Part shown: positions 60,117 to 63,238 of the stretch, piece after piece | How positions within the stretch are numbered: position 1 is the first letter of the stretch | How the letters are laid out: each line of letters begins with the position of its first letter | Assembly (NCBI GenBank): GCA_035707825.1 | Contig: DASSTR010000046.1 | Coordinates: 1 to 63,238 of the forward strand | DNA length: 63,238 bases | Source of the DNA: Solirubrobacterales bacterium | GTDB taxonomy: Bacteria > Actinomycetota > Thermoleophilia > Solirubrobacterales > 70-9 | Reading direction: 5' to 3' | Translations under genes and position numbers: made by a program | The notes under the pieces: generated by a model | Told to the model about the DNA's origin: nothing | The model's input: the letters and a program-made list of their open reading frames with translations, nothing else | Databases searched by the model: none

Positions 60117-60866
60117 TCACACGCCGAGCGCGTAGCTCAGCGCAAGCATTACGGCGCCGCCGACGCAGACACCAACGCTCGGCGCCGCCCGCTGCGGGCC
60201 TGCATAGGCCGTCGGGAGCAACTCCACCACGATCAGGGCGAGCATCGCGCCGGCCGCGAAGGCGAAGGAGAGCGGCAGCAGGCCGCTCACCTCTTCGACG
60301 GCCAGGAAGGCCACCAGAGCCCCGATCGGCTGGGGGATGCTGGTGCCAACCGCCGTCCAGAACTGCCGCATGCGCGAGAAGCCGGCCTCCTGCATGGGAA
60401 TCGCGACGCTGGTGCCCTCCGGGATGTTCTGGATCCCGATCGCCACGATCACGAACAGGCTCAGGCCCGCCCGATCGGAAGCGAACGCGGTGCCGATCGC
60501 GAATCCCTCCGGCAGGCTGTGGACGAGGAGGACCAGGAAGACGAGGGCCGAGGTCCGCGCCCCCGGGCCAGTGCGGCCCATGAAGCCGCTATCCGGCTTG
60601 AACCACCGCCCGGCGAGGGCGAGGAAGACGATTCCCATCGCCAGGCCGGCCGCCACCTCCCCCGGGGCGCCTTCTTCGGTCGCCGGGATCAGCAGGCCGG
60701 CGATGGCGGCGACCCCCATCACGCCCGCGGCAATGCCGAGCAGGAAAGGCGTCCAGCGCTCGGTGCGCGAGCCGAAGAGGAAGACCGGGACGGCTCCGAC
60801 CCCCGTTGCGATCGCGGTCGCCGACGCCGCGAGGAAGAGGACAACGACATCGGGCATGGCGGTCAT
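60117..60866 (-). CDS. ZIP-family (ZupT-like) metal transporter
   Basis: ORF-track frame 60117..61037. Start moved to the ATG at 60866 (an alternative ATG lies at 60857). Motifs HSLPEGFAIG and IQNIPEGTSVA. Confidence 0.85.
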   Translation of the reverse strand: MTAMPDVVVLFLAASATAIATGVGAVPVFLFGSRTERWTPFLLGIAAGVMGVAAIAGLLIPATEEGAPGEVAAGLAMGIVFLALAGRWFKPDSGFMGRTGPGARTSALVFLVLLVHSLPEGFAIGTAFASDRAGLSLFVIVAIGIQNIPEGTSVAIPMQEAGFSRMRQFWTAVGTSIPQPIGALVAFLAVEEVSGLLPLSFAFAAGAMLALIVVELLPTAYAGPQRAAPSVGVCVGGAVMLALSYALGV

Positions 60867-60908
60867 TCTGGCCCGAGCACCGGCGCGAGCCGAATACCAT
60901 CCCCCCTC

Positions 60909-61580
60909 GTGGAGATCCTGGTCATCGAGGATGAGTCGGCGATCGCCGACTTTCTCGAGCGCGGTCTGGCGAGAGAGGGCTTCACGGTCCAAAAGGTCGC
61001 CGACGGAGCGGAGGGCGAGCGGCTGGCACTCGACCACGACTTCGACCTGATCGTCCTCGACCGGATGCTGCCCAGCCGCGACGGGCTCGAGGTCCTAACC
61101 GCGATTCGGCGCTCCAAGCCCTCCCTGCCGGTGATCCTGCTGACCGCCCGTGGCGAGGTCGCCGACCGGGTCGAGGGCCTCGATCTCGGCGCCACCGACT
61201 ACGTGACGAAGCCCTTCTCCTTCGAGGAGCTCGTGGCCAGGGTCAGGGCCCATCTGCGCCAAGCGGACGGCGAGGTGGCGCCGGCGCTGGAGGCCGCAGG
61301 GATCAGACTAGACCTGCTCGATCGGTGTGCTCACCGCGACGGCCTCTCCGTCCACCTCCCCACTCGCGAGGCCGCGTTGCTCGCCTACCTGATGCGGCAC
61401 GCGGGCACTGTCTGCACGCACAAGGAGATCCTCGCCGCGGTCTGGGGCTACGACCACGACCCCGGCACCAACGTCGTCCAGGTCTACATCGGCTATCTAC
61501 GGCGCAAGCTCTCGCTACCGGACTCCCCCGCCCCGATCCAGACCGTGCGATCGGTCGGCTACAAACTGAGTGAGACCTGA
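60909..61580 (+). CDS. OmpR-family response regulator
   Basis: Lower part of ORF-track frame 60015..61580, GTG at 60909. Receiver segments ILVIEDE, LIVLDRMLP and VTKPF. Winged-helix segment VRSVGYKL. Confidence 0.92.
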   Translation: MEILVIEDESAIADFLERGLAREGFTVQKVADGAEGERLALDHDFDLIVLDRMLPSRDGLEVLTAIRRSKPSLPVILLTARGEVADRVEGLDLGATDYVTKPFSFEELVARVRAHLRQADGEVAPALEAAGIRLDLLDRCAHRDGLSVHLPTREAALLAYLMRHAGTVCTHKEILAAVWGYDHDPGTNVVQVYIGYLRRKLSLPDSPAPIQTVRSVGYKLSET

Positions 61581-62701
61581 TGCGGGGCGCCTGGAGAGAG
61601 CTCGGCCTGCGGGCGAGGCTCGCAATCTCGATCGGCGGGCTCTTCCTGGTCGCCTTTGGGATCGTCTTCATCGCCGTACGGGCGGAGATGGCCGACGAGT
61701 CCCACGTGATCGACCGCGAGGAGGCGCGTGAGCACGGCGTCCCGGCAGCAAGCGATGGCCGGCAACCCTCCATCTCCTCGATCTCCGACGCCCAGTCCGA
61801 GGTGGAAAGGACCTTTTTCCTCGTCGGCGGCATCACTCTCGTGGCGGCGCTTACCGGCGGCTACCTGATCGCCGCCCGCACCGCCTCGCCGCTGCGGCGA
61901 ATGGCGGCGACGGCGGACGAGGTACAGGCCGGCGATCTCACTCCGCGGCTGCGCGAGGAGCCCGCCGCGGCACCCGAGCTGCGGGCGCTGATCGCCGACT
62001 TCAACAGGATGCTCGAGCGCCTCGACCTCGCGTTCTCGAATCAGCGCCGCTTCGTCTCCGATGCCTCGCACGAGCTCCGCACTCCCCTAACCGCGGTCCG
62101 GGGCCAAATCGAGGTGCTGGCTCGCAACCCCAACCCGAGCGCCGATGAGGTCGAGCGGGTCGAGGCGGTGACGCTGCACGAGATCGATCGGATGGAGCAG
62201 TTGGTCGAGGAGCTCCTGGCCCTCGCCCGGCTGGATGAGCTTTCCAAGATCGAGATCGGCGAGGTGGACCTCGGAAACCTGCTGCAGGGCCTGGCGGAGA
62301 GCGATCCCTCGCGTGCCGAGCCGAAAGGAATCGCCGCGGGCCGCGTTCGCGGCAACGCGGAGCTCCTGACCCGCGCGGTTCGCAATCTGCTCGCCAACGC
62401 GCGTCGCCACGCGGGGGATTCGGGAAGGGTCGTCCTCAGCGCCACGGCGGCCGGCGATCGGGTCACGGTTGCCGTCGAGGACGACGGGCCCGGCATCCCG
62501 GCGTCCGAGCGCGAGCGCGTCTTCGAGCGCTTCCATCGCGTCGACGAGTCCCGGACTCGCGACTCGGGGGGCAGCGGCCTCGGGCTGGCGATCTGCCGCG
62601 AGATCGTCGCGGCGCACGGCGGCCGGATCTGGGTCGAGGACTCGCCGCTGGGCGGCGCCCGGGTCGCTTTCGAGCTGCCCGGATTCGCGCCTGGACCCTG
62701 A
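61580..62701 (+). CDS. Sensor histidine kinase (TM-HAMP-HisKA-HATPase)
   Basis: ORF track. H-box SDASHELRTPLTAV, N-box LLANARRHA, G1 DDGPGI, G2 GGSGLGLAI. 1-nt overlap with the response-regulator stop. Confidence 0.9.
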   Translation: MRGAWRELGLRARLAISIGGLFLVAFGIVFIAVRAEMADESHVIDREEAREHGVPAASDGRQPSISSISDAQSEVERTFFLVGGITLVAALTGGYLIAARTASPLRRMAATADEVQAGDLTPRLREEPAAAPELRALIADFNRMLERLDLAFSNQRRFVSDASHELRTPLTAVRGQIEVLARNPNPSADEVERVEAVTLHEIDRMEQLVEELLALARLDELSKIEIGEVDLGNLLQGLAESDPSRAEPKGIAAGRVRGNAELLTRAVRNLLANARRHAGDSGRVVLSATAAGDRVTVAVEDDGPGIPASERERVFERFHRVDESRTRDSGGSGLGLAICREIVAAHGGRIWVEDSPLGGARVAFELPGFAPGP

Positions 62702-62756
62702 GAAAACTCTCATCGGGCGCTTAGGAAGCGCCAAGCGGCGATGACGAAGATCGCCG

Positions 62757-63238
62757 CATGTTCCAGTTGCAAAACGGCATCGAAGCCGAGGCACGCAAGG
62801 ACGGCGTCGCCGGGAACAGCCGGCTTACCGCGGCACTCGGCGCGATCCTGCTCGTCCTGCTCGCGACCGAGGGAGCGACGATTCCGTTCATCGGTCAATT
62901 GCGCGAGGAGCACATCCTGATCGGGATCCTGCTGCTCGGCCCGATCGCGGCCAAGCTCGCCAGCACCGGCTATCGCTTCGCCCGCTACTACCTCGGCAAC
63001 GAGGCATACCAACGCAAGGGGCCGCCGCCGCTCATCTTGCGCCTGCTCGCCCCCGGCGTCGTCTTCACCACCGTCGCCCTCTTCGGCACCGGCGTCGCCC
63101 TGCTGCTCGCGGGCAAGCCCAATAACCAGCTCATCTTCCTGCACCAGGCCAGCTTCATCGGCTGGTTCGCCCTGATGACCCTTCATGTGCTCGGCCACAT
63201 ACTCGAGCTGCCGGCGCTGGCGCTGGCCGACTGGAAGC
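62757..63238 (+). CDS. Hypothetical integral membrane protein, 3' end beyond the window
   Basis: Absent from the ORF track because there is no stop in the window. ATG at 62757. The translation MFQLQNGIEAEARKDGVAGNSRLTAALGAILLVLLATEG...ILIGILLLGPIAAKLAS...LLAPGVVFTTVALFGTGVALLLAG...FIGWFALMTLHVLGHIL has 4 TM helices and strong GC3 bias. I prefer it to the antisense ORF 62710..63198. Confidence 0.55.

Noticed and set aside
62710-63198. The minus-strand ORF 62710..63198 (162 aa).
   Set aside because: Its product is acidic and Gly/Ala-rich with no features. The plus-strand frame from 62757 encodes four clean TM helices with strong third-position GC bias and stays open to the window edge.

Overview
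This is a 63.2-kb, roughly 70% GC, gene-dense chromosomal segment with about 70 CDS. Many neighbouring genes have 1-14 nt start/stop overlaps. The gene content suggests a high-GC Actinomycetota genome: F420-type LLM oxidoreductases, ergothioneine egtBD, a TadE-like pilin leader, DUF559, SHOCT and DUF5679. A Thermoleophilia/Rubrobacteria-like lineage is only a guess.

I found no rRNA, tRNA, CRISPR array, transposase, integrase or prophage genes. Recognisable content, left to right:
- rpoD (open at the left edge), glpX, a VapBC toxin-antitoxin pair, and two LLM oxidoreductases
- egtD-egtB, the pntAA-pntAB-pntB transhydrogenase, and a P-type ATPase
- a fatty-acid/ketone block (thioesterase, Baeyer-Villiger monooxygenase, crotonase, thiolase)
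- two ECF sigma modules, a PAS / MBL-fold / HD-hydrolase trio, and an MTAP-like phosphorylase next to an MtaD-like deaminase
- marR-MFS, an atypical-pore ion channel, a persulfide-dioxygenase/rhodanese fusion, and an NlpC/P60 hydrolase
- a cupredoxin / multicopper-oxidase cluster, glnK-amt-cutA, and two ABC-2 exporters
- an RsbW-STAS fusion, a holin-like/alkaline-phosphatase-like fusion, a DUF11/RTX secreted protein, NRAMP, ZIP, and an OmpR/HK pair

I do not see an obvious multi-gene novel system such as a defence island. The most unusual signal that the genes do not explain is a high density of short tandem duplications (10-45 bp, at least 13 loci). Several sit exactly on gene termini or gene junctions and reiterate stop codons, often in frame, or stop/start overlaps. 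Other items worth a second look are a 19-aa ultra-hydrophobic mini-ORF in an AT-rich islet, a promoter-plus-terminator unit in the rpoD upstream region, a G-tract array upstream of a regulator, and several uncharacterised domain fusions.

All functional calls come from reading motifs in the translations. No database search was run.
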